DNA from: Catajapyx aquilonaris
Taxonomy: Eukaryota
Reading direction: 5' to 3'
Length of the DNA: 20,000 nt
Assembly: GCA_000934665.2 (NCBI GenBank)
Contig: JYFJ02001685.1
Span: forward strand, 53,029 to 73,028
Position numbers and translations under genes: made by a program. Shown piece after piece: positions 12,144-20,000 of the stretch. The notes beneath the pieces were generated by a model. It was not told where the DNA came from. It was given only the letters and a program-made list of their open reading frames with translations, and ran no database searches. Position 1 is the first letter of the stretch. Each line of letters begins with the position of its first letter.

Positions 12144-15100
12144 ATAAGATTTGTCCCAGGACCTTAGGAATTGAACAATGGAGCCAGGAGATCAAGGTTT
12201 CACTATCCCAGGTTTTTTTCCAATTTCACAAAATGAGCAATAAGCAGCAATCCAGCAAGTGTTAATATTGGCTCGATTATTAATTTTTTGATACTACTAA
12301 TACCTTGTGTGGGTGTGAGTGTCTTTGTAATCTTACTTTCTACTAAATTATATTATTACTACTTGTGACTTTGCAGAGGGGTAGGTGCAATGGAGATTGT
12401 GGCAATGGATATGAAGCTGAGGGGAATGTACATTGCAAGACAACTGAGCTTCCATGGAGTCACCTTCAAAGTAGATGAGGTTCCTCTTGGGAAAGACTTT
12501 GTGGAAATCTATGATAATTCAGTGACACTGGTGAGTTTGTTAGTTTTTCATGAATTTTATTGTCTCTTAACATACATTTACAATTGGTGAGATTTCTGTC
12601 GGCAGTGGGTAGAAGCGATGCAAAGATTTCAAGAAGCAGCTGAGTTGATAGATGCCGAACAGCGCATGAGGAAAACTATGTGGGGCCAATTTTGGTCAGC
12701 CCACCAACGCTTCTTCAAATACCTTTGTATTGCAGCCAAGGTCAAGCATGCTGTCAAGATTGCAAGGCAAGTCTCTTCTCACTAGTGTTTTTTTTTTTTT
12801 TTTTTTCATTTTCCACATGTTGATGTTTTTGAATTAAAATATTGTTCCTTATTACTTTTACAGAGAAGCAATCAAGTATGGCAAATGTGTGGTGATTGGC
12901 CTGCAGTCAACTGGGGAAGCCCGAACCTTGGAGCAGTTGGAAAGAGAAGACGGAGAGCTTTCTGACTTTGTTTCTACTGCCAAGTAAGTTTCCATAAGCA
13001 TTATGATTGTTGCTGGAGCACTGAAGCAAGGAAATGTGCTGGAATTGATTTTGATAATGTAACCCAACTTGGTATGATTTACAGCGGTACTTCGTACTTG
13101 CTACTTCAACCTTTGTTCGATCTCGGAATTGTTTGAAGTCCAAATCAATTTTCTCGATTAGAAATAATAGAAAGAGAATTAATCAGTTCACAGACCCTAC
13201 AAAATACCCATTTTGATAAACTAAATCAGCAAATACACATAATTTAAGGGCGCCGGATACATATGCGATTTTTCAGAATCGCGTCCCAAGTTTGCTGAGT
13301 CACAGGTGCAGCGTTCTCTTTGCACCGCTGATGCGGGCGACTCGCTGGAGGTACAGACCTGAAATTTTCACAGAATGGCAAGGAAGGTCCAATTGAGCCC
13401 CCAATGGAGTTTTGATCCATTAGAATAATAATTGCGAGATCTACAAGGGGAAGAGTTTTCGAAAAACCGCTCACGACATCTTGGCTCTGGATTCTAATTT
13501 GGAAAATATCTCGAAGTTGTGCGATGGCAAAAGTGGTTCTCTCTTACTCCTCCAAAGCGCGATTCATTTGGGCTATTGGTTTTTGCACAGCTATTAAAAC
13601 GGTTTCACCACCTCACCTCGTAAAATCGGCGGAGAACTTCCGAACGTAGAACAGTTGGTCCAGGTTGCCAGGGAACCGGTTCGACCTAAATAATTTTAAA
13701 AGGGCGTGGGCAACAGGGAACCAACTGTTCTATTTTGGAAGTACTCCCTCCCATTTTACGAGGTGAGGTGGTGGATCGTTTTAATAGCTGTGCAAAAACC
13801 AATAGCCCAAATTAATCACACTTTAGAGGAGTAAGAGAGGACAGCTCTTGCCATTGCACAACTTCGAGATATTTTCCAAATTAGAATCCTGAGCCAAGAT
13901 GTCGCGAGCGGTTTTTCGAAAACTCTTCCCCTTGTAGATCTGGCAATTATTATTCTAATGGATCGCAACTCCGTTGGGGGCTCAATTGGCCCTTCTTCGC
14001 CATTATGTGAAAATTTCTGGTCCGTACCTTCAGCGAGACGCCCGCATCGATGGTGCAAAAAGAACGCTGCACCCATGACTCAGCCAAACTTGGGACGCGA
14101 TTCTGAAAAATCGCTTAGGTATCTGGTGCCCTTAAGGTAAAAATAACACAATTAAATGCCCGCCTAAATTTTAGGAGCTGTAGCCCCTAAGTAAGACCAG
14201 GGAGCATATACTACATAAAAGGCGCAAACTTCTGTCAGGCCATTGTTGTTAGCGTCTCTCTGTTTATAGGGCGTTACTAAGGCCGGCGGCCATCTTGACC
14301 TGTGTGGGATGCCAACGAGGTATAAATAGGGTACAGGCAAAAATAAGGTCCGCCATCTTTGATGGTTTTGGCAGCCATGGCAATACACAGCAATAACACG
14401 CACGAATTTGAATTCGATATTGGAAAATGGGTAAGTAAATTGTTGTTGCCGTGTATTGCCATGGCAGCCCAAACCATCAAAGATGGCGGACCCCGCGGAC
14501 CTTGACGGCCTGCCTGTACCCTATTTACACCTCGTTGACATACCACACACTTCAAGATGGCCGCCAGCCTTGACAACGCCATAAACAGAGGGACGAAAAA
14601 AATCGAATGTTTGCGCCTCTTATGTAGTATATGCTCCCTGGTAAGACCGTAGCATAGCATTTCAACAATGAATTTTTCTAACATCATGTTGTTGTTGTTG
14701 TTAGGTTTTTTAAATTCAACCCAACTCAAGTTATGCTGCGGGGAGAGCTTCCAGATTTTGAACACAGATCTCCACAGTCGTGAAGTGCATTGCTACCATT
14801 TACACCTAAACTGAATTCCTCTTCAAAACGCCGCAAGCAATTAAAAACCACTGAAAAATACGTTATTATTTTTTTGCTCAATAATTATTCGGAATTCAGT
14901 GTCTTCATCAAAAGGCCGAAGCATCATTTGAACTCCGGATAGAATTTCTCTCAAATCTAGCGTTATAACTCAAGAACAGTTGAAGTTAGGGCCATTCGAA
15001 GTGCGAGTTACCACTGTATTAATGCTGTGCCTTGTGTATTAATTAATAGTGTTTTAAATATGGCAATATGGCAATTACTGACATGGTGCACTTTAACTAT

Positions 15101-18100
15101 TCCATGTGATAAGGGGAGTGCTACAGACGCTGGTTGAGAAGCACTTTCCTGCTCCTGATCGCCGGAGGATCCACAGACTACTGGGTCTGGACATGAAGGC
15201 TAAGTCGGTGTTGGATGAATTTGGTCTGGGTGGGTCTGCTGGGGGTTCAGGGGACTGTGCAGAGGCTGGGAGCTCATCAGGCAACAAGAGGAAGCCAGTG
15301 AGGCAAGCTGCCAGGCAAGCCTCTAAAAAAGTGTGCCGAAATGACTCATCCTCGTCGGATGATGACTCAGACTCCGAGGCTGGGGGTGATCAGGGTGATG
15401 ATTCTGACTTTCATCTTTCGGGATCTGATACAGGATCTGAGGAGGAGAGCATGACTGAGGAGGAGAGTGACAGTGATGATTTCAATCCATTTGAAGAAAG
15501 TGGATCAGATGATGGTTTGTTGATGCAATGTTTTATTAGTTAGTAAGGAAAGGCTTATTGCAAGAGATTTCTGTAGTCAACTTGTGGCACCTTTAATTGT
15601 GTGTATATGGGCACCAATGACTGTCAGCAATATCAACAATGTAACTGACAATTACCGTATTACCTGACTTAAAGCGGCATTCCGGTGTAGTCGAGGTCGA
15701 CCAGTTTTTAGAAATGTGCGATCAGGTGGCTATATCGGCATGCGGTCTAAGCGAGGTATGCCAGTATAGGGTGAGGTTTTCTTAAGCACAGCATTATCAC
15801 AATTTCTATGCAAATTATTATTACTCAATGAATGCATTACACCATGTTCTATGGTGCGGATACAGCCCAGGACACTTCTATTACCTGACACATCCCATGA
15901 GATCATTCGTTAAGTTCAAATATCACAGTAGTCTTACAATATATTAAAAGTGCAAGGCTGCAAGAAGGGAAGCATGCCTACCAGGATATTTCATACGTTC
16001 AGTTTGGATTTTATTATCTGAGTAACGAGGCTTCTCGGACAAATTCATATCACTACACAAAGTGATCCTCTGATTCCCAAAGAGATCTGTAACCAGCGAA
16101 CTATTGAACAAAACGAAGGACTGAAGGAATTTGTGTTGTTCAGAGCAGGCTGAACATGGGATAGGTCACACACTATGCTATGTGCAACAGACGAACTTGC
16201 ATATTCTCACATTCCTGTAGGCCTGCACTCACACATTTTAAGCAGTAACATTATTTTAGTACAGTACCAGATGCATTCAAAAATATTTGTCAAGGATCAA
16301 AATGATGGAAATCTGCCTTGGATATTGTGGCATGCCGGCCACCCCTAGGTTGTACCAACATGCTGGTCGAACTAATTTTATACCGGCATGCCACATTAAG
16401 TGAGGTAATATGGTAAAAGCTTGTGACAACATTGCTGCTCTAACACTGAATGGGTGAGGTGATGCAATTGGTCATTTGGAATATTGGCAAGTGCCTTTGA
16501 AAGAGGGATGAAATGCTGCTGTTGCATATATGAGTCATTTTTTCTCTCCTGCCTAAGGTTTGGTCTAACATTTCAATGCTTGAGCAAATAAGACAAGTGC
16601 ATTGGCAGTCATGAGACAAGTGCTTACTTTTTTTATCCACAGATCCATGGTTGGGCCGCAAAAAGAAGAATGCGAAAAAACCCAAAAAAGGACATTCAAA
16701 GAAGATTAAGAAGAAAAGTCCCAAAAGCTCAGGCATGGCTGGTCACCATGGGAAGGTCGAGAATGGGGAGAAGAGAGAACCTGCTATGCCCTCAAAGGAT
16801 GCTGTAGAGAGGGCTTGCCAGATGAAGGATGAGCTGCTTAAGAGGATAGAAAAGCTTGGTGACAGCTTGCCACCTAACACCCTTGATCAGCTTATAGATG
16901 AACTAGGGGGACCTGAGAATGTTGCAGAGGTTAGTGGGATGCACCATTATATTATCTCAGGGATCTAATGCATCTGTTTTTCACTGATTACAGATGACCG
17001 GGCGCAAAGGCCGAGTGGTTCAAACAGAAGATGGCCAGATCCAATATGAGTCACGCTCCGAAGCAGATGTCCCACTTGAAACCCTCAATTTGACTGGTAC
17101 AGCATGTGCTTATACTTGAAGCAGTTGAATTATTGAAGTTATCACTACCAATTGCATTTGGAACTACCTGACAATTTGCATTTGTTTTCGTACATAGAAA
17201 AACAGCGCTTTATGGATGGTGAAAAGGATGTGGCTATAATTTCTGAAGCTGCGAGCAGTGGGATATCCCTTCAGAGTGATCGCAGGGCTAAGAACCAGCG
17301 CAGGCGTGTCCACATCACCCTTGAATTACCTTGGAGTGCGGACAGGGCCATTCAGCAATTTGGTAAGTTTGGGATCTTGTTACACAGCCCTTGCACTGCT
17401 GTGCATTTAAAAGTGAAGAATTTAAGGAACCATATTTTGTGCATGTAATCATTAAGATGAATTCTTTCGCTATATGCCATTATAACTGACTGAATGTGAC
17501 GTATTTTCTTCTTAGGCCGCACTCATCGTTCAAACCAAGTGAATGCGCCTGAGTATATGTTCCTGATATCAGATCTGGCTGGAGAAAGGAGGTTTGCATC
17601 CATTGTGGCTAAGCGTCTAGAAAGTTTGGGTGCCTTGACCCATGGCGATCGCAGAGCTACAGAAAGTAGAGATCTATCCCGGTTCAACATTGACAACAAA
17701 TATGGACGAGCAGCACTTGAGGCCACAATGAAAACCATCATGGGTTATGAGGCACCATTGGTGCCACCCCCGCAAGACTATGGAGGAGACTTCTTTAAGG
17801 ACATTGCTGATGCTCTGGTTGGCGTTGGACTCATTGTTGGGTGTGACAGCCCTGGGATGCTTGCATTGGACAAGGATTATAACAACATGAGCAAGTTCCT
17901 TAACAGGTAACAAGAACAGTTACATTTTTCAGCCACTAATGTTGCAAACAGGGGCTTTTGATGTCACGTTGATTTCGTGCTGAAGAGTGTACTATGTGAA
18001 CATTTTTTATCTGTTGCTGAACAGGATACTGGGGATGCCAGTGGACCTCCAGAACCGCCTGTTTAAATATTTCACAGACACACTGAATGCCATTGTCACC

Positions 18101-19078
18101 CAGGCCAAGCGTACAGGCCGATATGATATGGGAATTCTAGGTGAGTGTGGAAGGCAGATAACTTCTTGCAATCTCTTTTAGATGTATGCTTTATGAAGTT
18201 ATGGTGTTACAAAAAAATAACACTATCATTTTCACTCAACAGACCTTGGTGCAGGAGGGGATAATGTGAAGCGTGTGAAGTTACACAAGTTTCTTCGAAA
18301 GCATGCGACCGGGGAAGCCACTACAGAGCTTCATGTGATCCAGGTTGAACGTGGAATGAGTTGGCAAGAAGCACAAGACAAATGGGCTGAGCTGGCCATA
18401 CCTGAAGAAGGCTTCTACCTTTCCCATCAGGTAGGTTACAGTGTATTCTCCCTCTAATTAACACTTGCATAGCTAACATTACAGTGAAACCTCTGCATAG
18501 TGAACCCTGGATATGGCAGAAACTTGTCTATTGTTGAAAATTTTTGCAATCCTGTCAGAGGGATACGATATCGTTCAATAATATAATTAGTTTCAAACTA
18601 AGATCTTGTTCTTTGTACCAGGTGAGAAATGGGAAGCAGACAACAGTGTTGGCCGTAACAGACGCAGCAGCTACTAAGAAGAAGGGCAGCCCTGACAAGA
18701 GTGACCGGGGTGGAAAACCTGATCTCCTGTTTGCAATCTACCGCCCCAACACTGGTCTCCAACTGCGTCAGGAGACTCTGAGTGAGCTGAAGAAGAAGTA
18801 CAAGAAGGTGCAAGTGGAGGATGCAGAGAAGCACTGGACAGAGCAGTATGAGACGTCCCTGACCACTTGTTCCCATGCATATTGGCGGGGTAACTGCAAG
18901 AACCGCACCCTGGGCCTGGACTGTGAAATTGGTCTTAGGAGAAGGACCTACAATGTACTGGCTGGCTCAGTGCTCAGTGTGTGGAGCAAGGTCGAACATG
19001 TTTTAGCTGCTCAGTCAGCACATCAAGCCAAGATGCAGGTCGTCAGGCTAAAAACAGAGGATGGACTTAAGCTGGTTG
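3513..19078 (+). CDS. sno: Strawberry notch homolog (SBNO1/sno; SF2-related helicase-like nuclear protein), spliced, 20 coding exons seen, 3' end beyond window
   Basis: Exons 3492/3513-3588, 4107-4229, 4345-4551, 8997-9238, 9314-9419, 9555-9764, 9845-10020, 10380-10541, 11369-11610, 12377-12530, 12606-12766, 12864-12983, 15114-15514, 16643-16929, 16994-17096, 17198-17362, 17516-17906, 18025-18140, 18243-18430 and 18622-19078 join in one frame. Family motifs: [46 protein letters not shown] (Walker A-like), [11 protein letters not shown] (Walker B/DExH), [79 protein letters not shown]. Confidence 0.97.
3858..4051. mobile_element. ~194-bp Tc1/mariner-type MITE
   Basis: TA|CACCTGCGAGCATAAAGATGGAGACAGCAGG ... 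CCTGCCGTCTCCATGTTTATGCTCGCAGGGG|TA; ~31-bp TIRs, TA TSD. Confidence 0.8.
4107..4229 (+). CDS. sno: sno exon 2 ([16 protein letters not shown]...AEPGLR)
   Basis: ggcag| ... |gttagt; 123 nt, phase 1-1; continues the IEVP-GGG motif. Confidence 0.8.
4345..4551 (+). CDS. sno: sno exon 3 ([10 protein letters not shown]...FNPAHFLQQ)
   Basis: tttcag| ... |gtaagt; 207 nt, phase 1-1, open frame. Confidence 0.8.
5654..6947. mobile_element. ~1.3-kb fold-back non-autonomous DNA transposon, Kolobok-like (AGG termini, TTAA at right end)
   Basis: AGGGACACTCCACTCAAAATACAAG... vs ...CTTGTATTTTGAGTGGAGTGTCCCT|TTAA. Inverted arms of ~400 bp (5654-~6087 / ~6561-6947) surround a ~470-bp GC-rich core. The left TTAA is not directly adjacent (ttaaccacc|aggg). 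Confidence 0.8.
8139..8221. repeat. (ATT)n microsatellite
   Basis: Direct reading; source of the spurious poly-I and poly-N ORFs. Confidence 0.95.
8997..9238 (+). CDS. sno: sno exon 4 (SRIVKKPQD...[10 protein letters not shown]); donor could alternatively be at 9244
   Basis: ttttctttag| acceptor, phase 1 to 0. Donor is either AAA|gtccgt or CGT|gtacgt, both in frame. Confidence 0.7.
9314..9419 (+). CDS. sno: sno exon 5 (MNMMAAAGG...[16 protein letters not shown])
   Basis: ttttacag| ... |gtatgc; conserved AETYxxYxP motif. Confidence 0.92.
9555..9764 (+). CDS. sno: sno exon 6 ([17 protein letters not shown]...GFLI)
   Basis: atag| ... |gtgagt; 210 nt. Confidence 0.95.
9845..10020 (+). CDS. sno: sno exon 7 ([11 protein letters not shown]...PLNK; P-loop)
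   Basis: tttttag| ... |gttagt. Confidence 0.95.
10380..10541 (+). CDS. sno: sno exon 8 (MKYAKISS...WCGEDFDGT)
   Basis: attcag| ... |gtatccttt (U12-type donor). Confidence 0.95.
10542..11368 (+). other. Probable U12-type (minor spliceosome) GT-AG intron
   Basis: Donor GTATCCTTT. Branch-like TTTTCTTTGAC with the A at 11356, 12 nt upstream of the 3' splice site. Splicing joins DFDGT|IIFDECH in phase 0. Confidence 0.85.
10637..10860. mobile_element. ~220-bp palindromic MITE-like element (~100-bp arms) inside the U12 intron
   Basis: ttggtgcaaagtgttgaaacatctccccaaaaaactgcacgtttattca... vs ...tgaataaacgtgcagtattttggggagatgtttcaacactgcaccaa; CAGTGTT-like end; no clear TSD. Confidence 0.7.
11369..11610 (+). 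CDS. sno: sno exon 9 ([14 protein letters not shown]...AAVEKR)
   Basis: cttag| ... |gtaatg; contains the DECH motif. Confidence 0.95.
11790..12137 (+). mobile_element. tRNA-derived SINE, copy 1, with (TTA)n tail
   Basis: A-box-like AGTGGCTCTGCGTAAA; B-box GGTTCGATCCC (~11846); long TTA tail; ~15-bp TSD TATTAAATA(G/A)GATTT at 11775-11789 and 12138-12152; homologous to copy 2. Confidence 0.88.
12377..12530 (+). CDS. sno: sno exon 10 ([13 protein letters not shown]...SVTL)
   Basis: ttgcag| ... |gtgagt. Confidence 0.95.
12606..12766 (+). CDS. sno: sno exon 11 (WVEAMQRF...[29 protein letters not shown])
   Basis: ggcag| ... |gcaagt (GC donor). Absent from the ORF track but read directly from the sequence. 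Confidence 0.93.
12767..12863 (+). other. GC-AG intron (97 nt)
   Basis: AAG|GCAAGT is the only nearby donor that gives the conserved in-frame junction [22 protein letters not shown]. Confidence 0.85.
12864..12983 (+). CDS. sno: sno exon 12 ([22 protein letters not shown]...STAK)
   Basis: ttttacag| ... |gtaagt; 120 nt, phase 2-2. Confidence 0.95.
13248..14131. mobile_element. 884-bp near-complete palindromic element with TTAA TSD (Kolobok-like, GG termini)
   Basis: TTAA|GGGCGCCGGATAC...GATTTTTCAGAATCGCGTCCCAAGTTTG vs ...CAAACTTGGGACGCGATTCTGAAAAATCGC...GTATCTGGTGCCC|TTAA; arms ~420-430 bp with a short central spacer. Confidence 0.88.
14198..14640. mobile_element. 443-bp palindromic MITE with 7-bp TSD (P-superfamily-like)
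   Basis: GTAAGAC|CAGGGAGCATATACTACATAA ... TTATGTAGTATATGCTCCCTG|GTAAGAC; arms ~200 bp. Confidence 0.85.
15114..15514 (+). CDS. sno: sno exon 13 ([16 protein letters not shown]... acidic Ser/Asp tract)
   Basis: gataag| ... |gtttgt. Confidence 0.9.
15655..16413. mobile_element. ~760-bp TA-flanked Tc2/pogo-like non-autonomous element
   Basis: TA|CCGTATTACCTGACTTAAAGCGGCATTCCGGTGTA...TCGACCAG vs CTGGTCGA...TATACCGGCATGCCACATTAAGTGAGGTAATATGG|TA; ~50-bp imperfect TIRs. Confidence 0.75.
16643..16929 (+). CDS. sno: sno exon 14 (DPWLGRKKK... Lys-rich NLS-like tract ...[10 protein letters not shown])
   Basis: ccacag| ... |gttagt. Confidence 0.93.
16994..17096 (+). CDS. sno: sno exon 15 (MTGRKGRVV...ETLNLT)
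   Basis: ttacag| ... |gtacag. Confidence 0.95.
17198..17362 (+). CDS. sno: sno exon 16 ([10 protein letters not shown]...RAIQQF)
   Basis: catag| ... |gtaagt. Confidence 0.95.
17516..17906 (+). CDS. sno: sno exon 17 (GRTHRSNQV...SKFLNR)
   Basis: ttcttag| ... |gtaaca. Confidence 0.95.
18025..18140 (+). CDS. sno: sno exon 18 ([10 protein letters not shown]...YDMGIL)
   Basis: aacag| ... |gtgagt. Confidence 0.95.
18243..18430 (+). CDS. sno: sno exon 19 ([10 protein letters not shown]...GFYLSHQ)
   Basis: caacag| ... |gtaggt. Confidence 0.95.
18482..18560 (+). mobile_element. Tigger-like MITE 5' remnant
   Basis: TA|CAGTGAAACCTCTGCATAGTGAAC...; partner TIR not found. Confidence 0.35.
18622..19078 (+). 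CDS. sno: sno exon 20 (VRNGKQ...YRPNTG...[10 protein letters not shown]...DGLKLV); gene continues downstream
   Basis: taccag| ... |gtgagt; ends in phase 1 with no stop codon. Confidence 0.95.
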
Positions 19079-19144
19079 GTGAGTAAAAATTTTCTTGTTC
19101 CACATGTTAGTGTTCTTTTTTCGAACATAAAACAAATTTTGTGG

Positions 19145-19225
19145 GAGTGATTTTCAAACGGTGGGTCGCGACCCCCAAGGAGGTCACGGGCAGGGTCGCA
19201 GTTGGTAAAAAGTTAGAAACCACTG
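19145..19225. mobile_element. ~80-bp hAT/Charlie-like MITE remnant
   Basis: gAGTGATTTTCAAAC...GGGTCGCGACCCC...AAAAAGTTAGAAACCACTG followed by gcCTAGag, which resembles a Charlie-type target site. Confidence 0.55.
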
Positions 19226-19240
19226 GCCTAGAGAGCATAT

Positions 19241-19587
19241 AATAATATAATATAATAATTGATTGGGTATTCGGCTAGCCCCAGAGGGGCCTTCTGCCAG
19301 ACCTTTATTTCAATGGTGTACAAATTTTGGGAATCCTATTTTTGAAGCGCCCAGGCCCACGGGCAGGATGACAGGAGGGGATGTGCAAAGTGCAGTGAAT
19401 CTGACGCTGTGGCCATTTTTAGTGAACTCCCCCGGGTGGTTTAGTCTGTAGGATATACCACCCGAGACGAAGCCAGAGGTGACCCTGAACTCTGCACGAG
19501 ATAAAGGGGGTGTCCCCGGGCTGGGATCGAACCCGGGACCTTAACATCCGTGGGCGCGCACGTTACCGCGGCGCCACTCCGTCTCCA
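19241..19587 (-). mobile_element. tRNA-derived SINE, copy 2 (antisense), with TTA-type tail
   Basis: Minus strand reads TGGAGACGGAGTGGCGCCGCGGTAA...GGTTCGATCCCAGCCCGGGGACACC, matching copy 1. Perfect 14-bp TSD CCTAGAGAGCATAT at 19227-19240 and 19588-19601. Confidence 0.9.
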
Positions 19588-19819
19588 CCTAGAGAGCATA
19601 TCATTGGCATACAAGTGAAATCCACGAAGTCCAAAACACCCAATTTAGTTCAAAGAAAAATTTGGCCTTGAACACACAGTGATGACAGAAAATCCTGCCT
19701 TCCTGGCTCATTATGAAACAGAACATACTAGTTACTGTTACAGTTTGAGATTTTAATTCAGTGCCAAATGGTAAACAGAGACGAGAAGAAACTTAATTTT
19801 TCATGGTGACGTCCATATA

Positions 19820-20000
19820 CAGGGTGATCAAACTTTTTTGTCGTTTTAGTTATTGACAAATTCGGCCTAAGCTGCTTATATTGTAGCCCGTTCCCTGGCA
19901 ACCCCGTCTGGCGGGCCAATTCAAACATCGGCACATGGAGAGTGCTTCTATTGTTGCCACTGTTTACAAATCAAGTGAGTGACGCGGACGACCCAGCGAC
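19820..20000 (+). mobile_element. Possible start of a mariner-type MITE running off the window
   Basis: TA|CAGGGTGATCAAA terminus followed by CpG-richer sequence; the other end is not visible. Confidence 0.35.

Larger units (their letters stand above)
13082..15016. mobile_element. Old Tigger/pogo-like MITE (~600 bp of own sequence) interrupted by two nested insertions
   Basis: TA|CAGCGGTACTTCGTACTT ... GAAGTGCGAGTTACCACTG|TA; internal attagaaataatagaaagagaattaatcagttc resembles Tigger-type MITE sequence. Confidence 0.6.

Noticed and set aside
17523..18880. Minus-strand ORFs overlapping sno exons
   Set aside because: These are antisense shadows of coding exons with no independent gene signals.
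19679..19750. Possible intronic C/D box snoRNA (GTGATGA)
   Set aside because: No suitably placed CTGA D box or terminal stem.
1..20000. Prokaryotic-type novel system (CRISPR array, defence operon, retron and similar)
   Set aside because: The sequence is an intron-rich eukaryotic gene with no repeat-spacer array or operon structure.

Overview
This is eukaryotic genomic DNA, most likely from an arthropod. It carries almost all of a spliced strawberry notch (sno/SBNO1-like) gene on the + strand. I reconstructed 20 coding exons with consistent phases between 3492 and 19078, giving about 1,360 codons from ATG 3513. The 5' exon(s) were not found and the last coding exon lies beyond the window. Two introns are non-standard: a probable U12-type (minor spliceosome) intron at 10542-11368 and a GC-AG intron at 12767-12863. 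The introns are dense in non-autonomous mobile DNA: two inversely oriented copies of a tRNA-derived SINE with target-site duplications (TSDs), two long fold-back TTAA/Kolobok-like elements, a P-like palindromic MITE, several TA-flanked Tc1/mariner/pogo-type MITEs (one hosting two nested insertions), and a 2.3-kb element bounded by terminal inverted repeats (TIRs). I found no convincing novel protein-coding system. The most interesting signals are the minor intron, the inverted SINE pair bracketing 11 exons, and the many long intronic hairpins.
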